Below are positions 1-8,719 of a stretch of 64,000 nt of DNA, one piece after another. The translations under genes were made by a program, and so were the position numbers. The notes below the pieces were generated by a model. That model worked only from the letters and a program-made list of their open reading frames with translations, was not told the origin of the DNA and made no database searches. Within the stretch, counting starts at the first letter, position 1; every line of letters begins with the position of its first letter. Origin of the DNA: Candidatus Eiseniibacteriota bacterium. GTDB lineage: Bacteria > Eisenbacteria > RBG-16-71-46. Location: NCBI GenBank assembly GCA_963776245.1, contig CAVZLN010000006.1:512001-576000 (forward strand), in the 5' to 3' direction.

Positions 1-343
1 CCAGCCCCACGCCGAGCAGGGCCGCCACCCGCGGCGCCAGGTCCTTGCCCATCGCCGAAGCCGCGAACAGCACCGCGGCCGGCTTCACCGCCTCGACCGC
101 CGCGGCCACGGCCGCGGCCTGGGCCTCGCCGTCGTAGCGCTCGAAGCGCGCGTGGCTGGCCAGCAGCACCTGGTCCGCGCCACTCTCGCCCAGCGCCGCC
201 AGCCCCGGATCCGCGGCCGCGCAGCACACTCCCACCACCGGGCCGCCGAGGCCCTCCGCGAGCCGCGTCGCCGCGCCCAGCGCTTCGCGCGAGACCGGTC
301 GCACCTGCCCGTCGCGCTGCTCGATGAACACCAGGATGCTCAT
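1..343 (-). CDS. etfA: Electron transfer flavoprotein alpha subunit (5' part; runs off the window)
   Basis: Manual translation from ATG at 343: MSILVFIEQRDGQVRPVSREALG...; directly downstream of etfB. Not in the ORF track because it is truncated. Confidence 0.9.
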   Translation of the reverse strand, partial: MSILVFIEQRDGQVRPVSREALGAATRLAEGLGGPVVGVCCAAADPGLAALGESGADQVLLASHARFERYDGEAQAAAVAAAVEAVKPAAVLFAASAMGKDLAPRVAALLGVGL

Positions 344-353
344 GTGCGCCCCC

Positions 354-1106
354 TCAGATGACCTTGGCTTCTTCGCGCAGGACGCGCACCAGCTCGGGCA
401 CCGCCTCGACGCCCGTGCCGACGATCCGGCCGGCCGAGCGGGCGGGCGGGAGCGTCAGCGCGAGCACGTCGAGATTCGACTCGCCGAGTTCCGCGGGGCG
501 CTCCTCGATGGGCTTCTTCTTCGCCGCCATGATGCCCTTCAGCGAGGCGTAGCGCGGCTCGTTGAGTCCCTTGTCGGCGGTGAACACCGCCGGGAGGTCC
601 ACCTCGACCACCTCGCGTCCGCCCTCGATCTCGCGTTCGACGCGGGCGACCGCGCCGTCGAGCGCGAAGGTCGAGATCGCCGTGACGCACGGACGTCCGA
701 GCAGCACCGCCAGCATCGGGCCGACCTGGGCCGCGTCATCGTCCATCGCCTGCTTGCCGAGCCACACGAGGTGCGGGTCGAGGTCGCGCACCACGCCCGC
801 GAGCGCGCGCGCCACCGCGAGCGGGTCCGCTGCGGAGGTGACACAGGTCAGGTGGATGGCGCGGTCCGCGCCCATCGCCAGCGCGTTGCGCAGCGTGGTC
901 TGCACGCCGGGGCCGCCGACCGTGACCACCACCACCTCGCCCTCGCCCTGCGCCTCGCGCACCCGCAGCGCCTGCTCGACCGCGAACTCGTCGTACGGGT
1001 TCAGGATCCAGGTCACCCCCGCGGGGTCCAGGCTCCGGCCGTCACCACCCACCTTCACGCGGGTCTCGGTGTCGGCGACCTGCTTGACGCACACCACCTG
1101 AAGCAC
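354..1106 (-). CDS. etfB: Electron transfer flavoprotein beta subunit
   Basis: VCVKQVADT, LNPYDEFAVEQAL, GKQAMDDD, NEPRYASLKGIMAAKKKP motifs. Confidence 0.97.
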   Translation of the reverse strand: MLQVVCVKQVADTETRVKVGGDGRSLDPAGVTWILNPYDEFAVEQALRVREAQGEGEVVVVTVGGPGVQTTLRNALAMGADRAIHLTCVTSAADPLAVARALAGVVRDLDPHLVWLGKQAMDDDAAQVGPMLAVLLGRPCVTAISTFALDGAVARVEREIEGGREVVEVDLPAVFTADKGLNEPRYASLKGIMAAKKKPIEERPAELGESNLDVLALTLPPARSAGRIVGTGVEAVPELVRVLREEAKVI

Positions 1107-1215
1107 GGGTCACCTCGTCGTTCGGGGGCCGCGGACGGCCCGTTTCGTTCCGGGTTTCACAATGGTCACCGCGGCCGGAGGAGGGTCGATGGCGGCGCGG
1201 AGCACTCGGCGGCGC

Positions 1216-1245
1216 AGTCTCGCTTGGGGGCCGCGAAAGTGTCAA
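1216..1245 (-). promoter_or_regulatory. Putative sigma70 promoter for etfBA
   Basis: TTGACA-N18-GAGACT on the minus strand. Confidence 0.45.
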
Positions 1246-1673
1246 GGCGACCGGGCGTCTCTCGCCGCCGACCGCAGCGGCGATCTCCTGTCCCGTATCC
1301 CGGGCGGAATCCTTGACGGGACAACCCGTGGCGTGCCACGATGACTTCCAAGTGTGACGCGTGCGATGGGTGCTCCCCTCGACCCTTGGGGTCCTCGGGA
1401 GGCATCGGACCCCGACTGGAACCCGGGCTCGCTCGCGACAGCGGCTCGTACCGTTGGCGGATCCCAGGCCGCGGGCCCACCTGGGGCCGGCCTGCATTCG
1501 GCCGGCTTCCGCAGCAGTCTCGGCCGTGCTTCACCCAACACGCTTCTGAACTGACCCCCGACTTTCGGATGCCGTGGTGGCACCTCTCCCCACCCGATCG
1601 CGCCCGCCGTCCGCGAATGGGCCCAGGTGCCCGATGCGCGTTCCCGCTGACCGCGGCGGGACGCCGAGGATGT

Positions 1674-2246
1674 ATGTCAGCCATCGTCGAGATCGAGGAA
1701 TTGGGGCGCCGCATCCGCAAGCTGCGCCTTGAGCGCCGCATGACGCTCAAGCAGGTCGAGCACGCCTGCCACCTGTCGGCCACCCACCTCTCCGAGATCG
1801 AGCGCGGCCGCACCTCCCCGACCATCGGCGCGCTGGTGCGCATCGCGCGGGCGCTCGAGCGGGACGCCTCGTTCTTCCTCGAACACGATGAGCGAGACGA
1901 GGTGGCGCACGTCCAGCGCGAGCAGGCGCGGGCGCTGAAGCTCGCGCCGGGCGTGACCGCCGAGATCCTCACGCCGGGTATCCCCGCCAGCCGGCTGTTC
2001 GCCTATCGCCTCGCGCTCGAGCCGGGCGCCGAGTTCAGGCTCGCGGCGCAGGACCTCGAGGGCGACGCGCTCTACTACCTGAGGCGCGGCGCGGTCGAGA
2101 TGGGGTTCGGCGACCAGCGGGCGGCGCTGGCCGAAGGGGACGGCGCGCAATCCTCGCTCACCCTCACGCAGGTGGCGCGGGCCCAAGGCGGCGAACCCGC
2201 CGAACTGGTCCTGGTGCTCTCGCGATCGCTCGAGGGCACGTCATGA
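1674..2246 (+). CDS. XRE-family HTH regulator with C-terminal (degenerate) cupin domain
   Basis: ELGRRIRKLRLERRMTLKQV...SATHLSEIERGRTSPTIGAL; start re-called to ATG 1674 after GAGGA. Confidence 0.88.
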   Translation: MSAIVEIEELGRRIRKLRLERRMTLKQVEHACHLSATHLSEIERGRTSPTIGALVRIARALERDASFFLEHDERDEVAHVQREQARALKLAPGVTAEILTPGIPASRLFAYRLALEPGAEFRLAAQDLEGDALYYLRRGAVEMGFGDQRAALAEGDGAQSSLTLTQVARAQGGEPAELVLVLSRSLEGTS

Positions 2247-2893
2247 GCGCGGCCCGCCGTCCCCGGGGGAAGGTCACTCCGCTCCGACCCAGCCCAGCCG
2301 CGCACGTCGTCGAGGCGCCCGGCCCCAGCCCGCGCGATCCGTCTCCGGTCGAGCTCGGACGCCGCATCAAGATGCTGCGCATCGCGCGCGGGCTCACGCT
2401 CAAGGACCTCGAGGAGCGCGGCGGCATCTCCGCCACCCACGTCTCGGAGATCGAACGCGGGAAGGCCTCGCCCACGGTGGGCGCGCTCGGGCGCCTCGCG
2501 CTCGCGCTCGGGCTCAGCCCCGCCACGCTCGTCGAGCCGCGCGTGCTGCCGCTGGTCGCCGTGCAGCCCGCGGGCGCGCGGCGCGAACGCACGATCCAGT
2601 GGGGGCAGGCGGTCCTCGAGCCGCTCAACGAGCCGATCCAGGGGGCCGCGCACGGGGGGCAGATCCTCAAGCTCCCGATCGGGCGCGAGCCCGCGCTCGT
2701 CCATCATCATGAGGGCGAGGAGTGGGCCACGGTGCTGAGCGGCGTGGCCGAGGTCCGCGTGGCGGGTCATCCGTACGTGCTGCGCGAGGGGGACTGCATC
2801 CACTTCCGGTCGCACCTCGAGCATGCCTACCTGAATCTCGCCTCGGCGCCCGCCGTGCTGCTGCTGGTCTCGCGTCCGCGCCTCACGCTGTAG
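2243..2893 (+). CDS. XRE-family HTH regulator with C-terminal cupin domain
   Basis: HTH ELGRRIKMLRIARGLTLKDL...SATHVSEIERG; cupin HHHEGEE...GDCIHFRSHLEH; ATGA overlap with upstream gene. Confidence 0.92.
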   Translation: MSAARRPRGKVTPLRPSPAAHVVEAPGPSPRDPSPVELGRRIKMLRIARGLTLKDLEERGGISATHVSEIERGKASPTVGALGRLALALGLSPATLVEPRVLPLVAVQPAGARRERTIQWGQAVLEPLNEPIQGAAHGGQILKLPIGREPALVHHHEGEEWATVLSGVAEVRVAGHPYVLREGDCIHFRSHLEHAYLNLASAPAVLLLVSRPRLTL

Positions 2894-2905
2894 GCGCGAA
2901 GGGCC

Positions 2906-4180
2906 TCAGGGCGACAGCGGGTCGTCGCGGTCGCGCGCCGCGAGGTCGGCGGGCGTCTCCGCGGCGCGCGCGCGGCGCAGCGTGCCCGCGTCGGCGACCA
3001 GTTCGGCCAGCCGGCCGCGTCCGTTGTAGGAGGACGACATGCTGGCGCCGTAGGCGCCGGCATCCAGGAGCGCCACCAGGTCGCCCGGTTCGAGCGGCGG
3101 CAGGCTCGCGTCCTCCGCGAACACGTCGGCGCTCTCGCACACCGGTCCCACCACGCAGGCGGGTTCCGCCGCGCCGGCGCGCGGGCGGACCGGCACGATG
3201 CGATGACGCGCGCCGTAGAGCGCCGGCCGCAGCAGGTCGTTCATGCCGGCCGCGATCACCACGAACCGCCGCCCGTCGCGCCGCTTGATCCACAGCACCT
3301 CGGCGAGCAGCACGCCCACCGGCGCGACCAGCCAGCGTCCGGGCTCGAACGCCCAGCGCAGCGCGGACGCTCCCGGCATCGCCGCGAGTTCGGTGGCCCA
3401 GCGCTCGAGCGGGAACTCGGTCTCACCCGCGGGATCGATCCCGAAGCCGCCGCCGAGGTTCACCAGCGCCAGCGGCGCGCCGCGCCGCGCGGATTCCTCG
3501 ACCAGGCCGAGCGCCACGCGCGCGGCCGCCGCGAGCGGCCCGGTCTCCATGAGCTGCGAGCCGACGTGCAGGTGCACGGCGTCGAGCGCCAGATGCGGCC
3601 AGCGCGCCCGGGCGGCCCATGCCGCGAGCGCCTCGCCGGCCCCGACGCCGAACTTGGCCTCGCCCCCGCCGGTCGCCACGTACGGATGCCCGGGTGTGTC
3701 GATCCCGGGATTCACCCGCAGCGCCACGCGCAGGCGGGTGTCCGAGCGGGCCGCGGCGCGTTCGAGCAGATCGAGCTCGCCGACGTGGTCGGCGTTCACC
3801 AACGCGACCCCTTCGCGCGCCGCCCAGTCCGCTTCCTCCGGCGTGCGCCCGTTCCCGTTCAGGATGCGCTGCGACGGCGCGAAGCCCGCGCGTCGCGCGA
3901 TCTCGAGCTCGCCCAGCGAGCCGGCCTCGGAGCCCAGCCCCGCCGCGCGCGCGCGCGCCAGCAGCGCCGGGAGGGCGTTGGCCTTCAGCGCGAAGGCGAC
4001 CAGCGGTGCCAGGCGCCCGAAGGCGGCGACGAAGCGGCGCGCGCGCGCGTCGAGCGCCGCGGCGTCGTACACCCAGCAGGCGCGCGCCGCGGGATCCTGG
4101 CGCCGCAGCGCCGCGAGCGCGCGATCGAGCGCGACCCCGCCGAGCGCGAGCGCGCCGCCGACCGGCCCGGGCGCGCTCAC
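2906..4180 (-). CDS. lysA: Diaminopimelate decarboxylase
   Basis: FALKAN (PLP Lys), HLHVGSQ, NLGGGFG, EPGRWLV, VGPVCESAD, AGAYGASMSSSYN; GTG start at 4180 overlaps the mobA stop. Confidence 0.92.
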   Translation of the reverse strand: MSAPGPVGGALALGGVALDRALAALRRQDPAARACWVYDAAALDARARRFVAAFGRLAPLVAFALKANALPALLARARAAGLGSEAGSLGELEIARRAGFAPSQRILNGNGRTPEEADWAAREGVALVNADHVGELDLLERAAARSDTRLRVALRVNPGIDTPGHPYVATGGGEAKFGVGAGEALAAWAARARWPHLALDAVHLHVGSQLMETGPLAAAARVALGLVEESARRGAPLALVNLGGGFGIDPAGETEFPLERWATELAAMPGASALRWAFEPGRWLVAPVGVLLAEVLWIKRRDGRRFVVIAAGMNDLLRPALYGARHRIVPVRPRAGAAEPACVVGPVCESADVFAEDASLPPLEPGDLVALLDAGAYGASMSSSYNGRGRLAELVADAGTLRRARAAETPADLAARDRDDPLSP

Positions 4181-4797
4181 GCCACGTCCCGCGCGCGCGC
4201 CACGAGCGCGCGCTCGGCGGCCGCGAGGTCGGCGGGCGTGTTCACGTTCAGGAACTCGTCCGGCAGGGCCCCCAGCGCCGCCAGCGCGGCGTCGTCGAGC
4301 CGCACGATGTCGAGCGCCTGCAGCGCGCGCGTCGGCGAGCGCTCGCCGCGCGCGAGCGCCGCGTCCAGGTGCGTGGCGGCCCCGGACGTGAGCGCGCACA
4401 CCAGCGGCTGGGGCACGCCACCGGGGCAGGGCAACACCGCGACGGCGCCCGACCGTTCCAGCCGCGCGCGCAGAGCGGACAGGGTGGCCGGCCGCACCAG
4501 CGGGAAGTCCACGCCCAGCACCCAGGCCACCCGGTGGGGGTGCGCCCGCAGCCCGGCCACCATGCCGGCGAGCGGGCCGGCCGCGCCGGGCGCGTCGTGG
4601 ACGCGGCTCGCCGCACCGAGTCGGAGCTCGAGAACCCGCGGCGCGGCGACCACCACCCGGTCCGCGAGCGGCTCGAGGATGTCGAGGGCGCGCTGGAGCA
4701 GGTCGCGGCCCGCGACCTCGACGCCCGCCTTGGGCACGCCGCGCCCGAGCCGTGTCCCCCGGCCACCCGCCACCACCACGCCGAGGGTCGCACTCAT
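4177..4797 (-). CDS. mobA: Molybdenum cofactor guanylyltransferase (MobA-like NTP transferase)
   Basis: VVAGGRGTRLG...K, GPLAG, FLNVNTPADL. Confidence 0.8.
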   Translation of the reverse strand: MSATLGVVVAGGRGTRLGRGVPKAGVEVAGRDLLQRALDILEPLADRVVVAAPRVLELRLGAASRVHDAPGAAGPLAGMVAGLRAHPHRVAWVLGVDFPLVRPATLSALRARLERSGAVAVLPCPGGVPQPLVCALTSGAATHLDAALARGERSPTRALQALDIVRLDDAALAALGALPDEFLNVNTPADLAAAERALVARARDVA

Positions 4798-5799
4798 CTA
4801 GTAGCCCGCCCGCTTGTCCACCACGTTGACCAGCGGCTGGTCGGCCAGCCAGCGGCGCAGGTTGCCCGCGAACTGCTCCACGGCACGCTCCCAGTAGCGC
4901 GGCCCGAGCCCCGAGACGTGCGGCGTGACGAGCACGTTCGGCATCGCCCAGAGCGGCGACGTCGCGGGCAGCGGCTCTTCGGCGAACACGTCGAGCGCGG
5001 CGCCGGCCAGCGGCCCGTCGCGCAGCGCCTCGACCAGCGCGGTCTCGTCCACCAGCGCGCCCCGTCCGAGGTTCACGAGCAGCGCGCCCGGCTTCACCCG
5101 CGCGAGGCGCGCGCGGGAGAGCAGCCCCCGGGTCGCGGGCGTCAGCGGCGGGCACAGCACCAGCCAGTCGCTGGCGGCGAGCAGGTCGTCGAGGCGCTCC
5201 ACCCCCCACTGAGCGTCGGCCGGCGCGGGGTCCGCCGCCGGGTGGCGGCGCACCGCGAGCACGCGCATCCCGAGCGCCCGCGCGCGCACCGCGAGCGCGC
5301 GGCCGACCTCGCCCAGCCCGATGATGCCGAGCGTCGAGCCGTCCACCTGCGCGATCGCCGGGGCCTCCTGCCACAGCCCCTCCTGCGCCCACGTCGAAGC
5401 CTGCTGCAGATCGCGGGCGACGTGGAACTTGCGCGCGAAGCCGAGGATGGCGGCGAGCGCGTGCTCCGCCATGGACACCGCGTGCAGCCCGCGGCCGTTG
5501 GTGAGCACCACCTCGCTCTCGACCAGCGCCGGGAACAGCAGCGGCCCGACCCCGGCCGCGCTGGTGTGCACCCAGCGCAGCCGGGTGGCGAGATGGAAGT
5601 TCTCGGCCCGCAGCACCCAGCCGTACACCACGTCGGCCGTCGGCAGCAGGGCCTCGGCCGCGGCGCGATCGCGCGGGACGAGGAACTCCACCGTCGGGAA
5701 GTCCCGCGCCAGCCCCTCGACCAGCGCGGCCGGCAGATTCCAGATCGCCTTGGGATCGCGGACGTACTCGAGCACGCGCACGTGGGCCATGACGCGCAT
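4798..5799 (-). CDS. D-2-hydroxyacid dehydrogenase (NAD-binding)
   Basis: GIIGLGEVG Rossmann motif, VNLGRG, AALDVF, TPHVSG; start at 5799 or 5790. Confidence 0.92.
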   Translation of the reverse strand: MRVMAHVRVLEYVRDPKAIWNLPAALVEGLARDFPTVEFLVPRDRAAAEALLPTADVVYGWVLRAENFHLATRLRWVHTSAAGVGPLLFPALVESEVVLTNGRGLHAVSMAEHALAAILGFARKFHVARDLQQASTWAQEGLWQEAPAIAQVDGSTLGIIGLGEVGRALAVRARALGMRVLAVRRHPAADPAPADAQWGVERLDDLLAASDWLVLCPPLTPATRGLLSRARLARVKPGALLVNLGRGALVDETALVEALRDGPLAGAALDVFAEEPLPATSPLWAMPNVLVTPHVSGLGPRYWERAVEQFAGNLRRWLADQPLVNVVDKRAGY

Positions 5800-5915
5800 G
5801 GTGCCACACGGGTGAACCCCGACGCGAGACGCCGCTTGCGCGGGGCGCGCCCCGCCGGATAGTCTCCCGCGACTTGGACCCTGCCTGACCGGACGTTCCG
5901 AAGGAGGCCACAGCC

Positions 5916-6899
5916 TTGGCATTCGCGCGCACGAAGGTGCCGTCGCTCGTTCCGGCCGCCCGCGCGGCCTTTCTGGCCGCTGCGGCGGCGCTCGCGTTCA
6001 CCGCTGCCGCGCACGCGGGGGCCTGGCTGCCCGCGCCCGGCGAATATCAGACCGAGTTCCACGCCAGTGGGTTCTCCGCCGATTCGTGGCACGGCGCGGA
6101 CGGCGCCCGCTGGCCGCTCGCGGGCAATGGCCTGTACGAGGTCCGCAGCCTGGTGGCCACCACCGACATGGGCTGGAAGAAGGGGCGTTCGTTCTTCCTC
6201 TCCATCCCCTTCAGTGGGGTCACGCGCCGCGAGGGAGCGGCCCGTACCGGGGCGATCCCCGGATACAGCCGCACCGAGACCGGGCTCGGCGACCTGGTGA
6301 TCGGCTTCCGCGTGAAGCTCAAGCAGACGACCAGCGCGCTGTCGGTGGACCTGGCGTGGAAGGCGCCGCTCGGTTACGCCCGCGACTTCGCGCGGCGGGA
6401 CTCGCTCGGCCGCATGCTCACGGTGACCGGAGCCCCGGGCGACTCCTCGCGCCCCGCGGTGGCCCAGTACCCGCCCACGCTCGGCGCCGGTCAGCAGGAC
6501 CTGATGGCCACGCTCAACTGGGGCACGCCGCTGGCGCGGCGCGGATTCCTCGACGCCTCCGTGGGCTATCGCTATCGCTTCGAAGCGCCCGCCGACCAGA
6601 TCATCGCGCGCGCCGACCTCGGCCTGTGGCTGGGCTCGCGCCTGCTGGTGGGCGGCCGCTACTCGGGCGAGATCGCGGCCGGCGACGGTGAGACGCCGGG
6701 CGACAAGGTGACGCGCCATCTGGCCGGGCCGATCCTGCTGCTGCGGGTGGACGACCGCTGCGACGTGTTCGCCGGCTCGTTCCACACCGCGTCGGCCGAG
6801 AACGCGCTCCACGTCGACCAGCTCTACGCCGGGATGGCGTTCAAGGTGACCAAGCTCGACCGGCTGCAGGGCTGGCTGGGCGGCATGCGCAAGCCCTGA
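5916..6899 (+). CDS. Exported protein, probable outer-membrane beta-barrel
   Basis: Signal peptide ending AAHA|GAW; amphipathic aromatic beta-strands; GLGDLVIG and PTLGAGQQD motifs; start may be GTG 5937. Confidence 0.6.
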   Translation: MAFARTKVPSLVPAARAAFLAAAAALAFTAAAHAGAWLPAPGEYQTEFHASGFSADSWHGADGARWPLAGNGLYEVRSLVATTDMGWKKGRSFFLSIPFSGVTRREGAARTGAIPGYSRTETGLGDLVIGFRVKLKQTTSALSVDLAWKAPLGYARDFARRDSLGRMLTVTGAPGDSSRPAVAQYPPTLGAGQQDLMATLNWGTPLARRGFLDASVGYRYRFEAPADQIIARADLGLWLGSRLLVGGRYSGEIAAGDGETPGDKVTRHLAGPILLLRVDDRCDVFAGSFHTASAENALHVDQLYAGMAFKVTKLDRLQGWLGGMRKP

Positions 6900-6973
6900 C
6901 GCACGCGGACGCCGACGGGCGCGCGTGGCCTTCGCGGGCGCGCGCGCCCTTCGTCGTTCGGGAGGGACGACCG

Positions 6974-8719
6974 ATCCGCGACCTCGTCGCGCGCCTGCTG
7001 CCCCACCTCGCCCGCCACCGACGAAGGCTGGCGTGGGGCATCGCCTGCGTGGTGGTGGCCAACGTCATCGCGCTGGCCCAGCCGCAGGTGCTGCGATTCG
7101 CGGTCGACGACCTGTACCGCGGCGTCACCGCCGCGAAGCTCGGGCGCTACGCCTTCTTCCTGCTCGCCATCGCCATCGTCGCGGGCGTGTTCAAGTACTG
7201 GATGCGTCAGGCGGTCATCGGCGTCTCGCGCGCCATCGAGTACGACCTGCGCAACCAGCTGTTCGCGCACCTCCAGCGCCAGCCGGTCCAGTGGTTCCAG
7301 GCCGAGCGCACCGGCGAGATCATGTCGCGCGCCACCAACGACCTCGCGGCGGTGCGGCTGATGTTCGGCCCGGGCATCATGTACCTGGTCAACACCGTCA
7401 CCGTGGCGCTGGTGGCGCTCGGGTTCATGGTCGCCATCAGCCCGCGGCTGTCGCTCTACTCCCTGCTGCCGCTGCCGCTGGTCTCGCTCTCGGTGTGGTT
7501 CTTCGGCGATCGCATCGAGCGCCGGTTCGAGCGCATCCAGGCCCACTTCGCGCTGATCTCGGCGCGGGTCCAGGAGAGTCTCGCGGGCGTCCGCGTGGTG
7601 CGCGCGTTCGCGCGCGAGGACGCCGAGCTCGACGACTTCCAGCGCCTCAACCGCGAGTACCTCGAGAAGAACCTCGCGCTCATCACGACCTCGGGGTTCC
7701 TCTACCCCGCGCTCGGCTTCCTGTCGGGGCTCGCGGCGCTGCTCGGGCTCTACGTCGGCGGGCGCGAGGTGATCAAGGGCCACATCACGCTCGGCGAGTT
7801 CGTGGCGTTCACCGTGTATCTCGGCATGCTGAACTGGCCGATGGTCGCGCTCGGCTGGGTGGTGAGCCTGTTCCAGCGCGGCAGCGCGTCGTTCCGCCGG
7901 CTGGACCAGATCCTCGAGGTCGAGCCCGCCATCGCCAGCCCGCCGGGCGCGGCGGCCCCCGAGCCGGCGCGTGGCGCGATCGAGTTCCGCGGACTCACCT
8001 TCACCTACCCCGGCGCCGCCGCACCCGCGCTGCGCGACGTCTCGCTCACGGTGCCGCCCGGGGCCACCGTGGCGCTGGTCGGCCACACCGGCGCGGGCAA
8101 GTCCACGCTGCTCGCGCTGGTGCCGCGCCTGTTCGATCCGCCTCCCGGCACCGTGTGGGTGGACGGCGTGGACGTGCGCCAGTGGGACCTCGAGGCGCTG
8201 CGCGCCCGGCTCGCGGTCGCGCCGCAGGACACGTTCCTGTTCTCGGCCACGCTGGCGGAGAACATCGCCTACGGCATCGCGCGCGCCGAGCGCGACGCGA
8301 TCGAACGCGCCGGGCGAGTCGCCCACCTCGAGGACGACGTGGCGCGGTTCCCGGAAGGCTGGGACACCGCGGTCGGCGAGCGCGGGCTGACGCTCTCGGG
8401 AGGGCAGCGCCAGCGCACGGCGATCGCCCGCGCGGTGCTGCGCGACGCCCCCGTGCTGCTGCTTGACGACTGCCTCTCGAGCGTGGACACGCACACCGAG
8501 GAGGCGCTCCTGCGCGGGCTCCGTGCCGAGATGCGCCGGCGCACGACGCTGCTGGTGTCCCATCGCGTGAGCGCGGTGCGCGACGCCGATCTCATCGTGG
8601 TGCTCGAGTCCGGCGCCATCGTCGAGCGCGGCACCCACGCGCAGTTGATCGCCGCGTGCGGCCGTTACGCCGACCTGGTGCGCGAACAGCAGCTCGAAGA
8701 GGAGCTGGAGGCGTCGTGA
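6974..8719 (+). CDS. ABC exporter, TMD+NBD half-transporter (degenerate Walker B)
   Basis: GHTGAGKST, LSGGQRQR, LLLDD. Family-like N-terminus extends upstream of the ORF-track start (7049) to an ATC at 6974 preceded by GGAGG. Confidence 0.9.
   Translation: MRDLVARLLPHLARHRRRLAWGIACVVVANVIALAQPQVLRFAVDDLYRGVTAAKLGRYAFFLLAIAIVAGVFKYWMRQAVIGVSRAIEYDLRNQLFAHLQRQPVQWFQAERTGEIMSRATNDLAAVRLMFGPGIMYLVNTVTVALVALGFMVAISPRLSLYSLLPLPLVSLSVWFFGDRIERRFERIQAHFALISARVQESLAGVRVVRAFAREDAELDDFQRLNREYLEKNLALITTSGFLYPALGFLSGLAALLGLYVGGREVIKGHITLGEFVAFTVYLGMLNWPMVALGWVVSLFQRGSASFRRLDQILEVEPAIASPPGAAAPEPARGAIEFRGLTFTYPGAAAPALRDVSLTVPPGATVALVGHTGAGKSTLLALVPRLFDPPPGTVWVDGVDVRQWDLEALRARLAVAPQDTFLFSATLAENIAYGIARAERDAIERAGRVAHLEDDVARFPEGWDTAVGERGLTLSGGQRQRTAIARAVLRDAPVLLLDDCLSSVDTHTEEALLRGLRAEMRRRTTLLVSHRVSAVRDADLIVVLESGAIVERGTHAQLIAACGRYADLVREQQLEEELEAS

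Noticed and set aside
2906..6001. 1031-aa ORF as a giant lysA fusion
   Set aside because: The N-terminal 600 aa are an Arg/Gly/Ala-rich off-frame reading over mobA and the dehydrogenase; the real gene starts at 4180.
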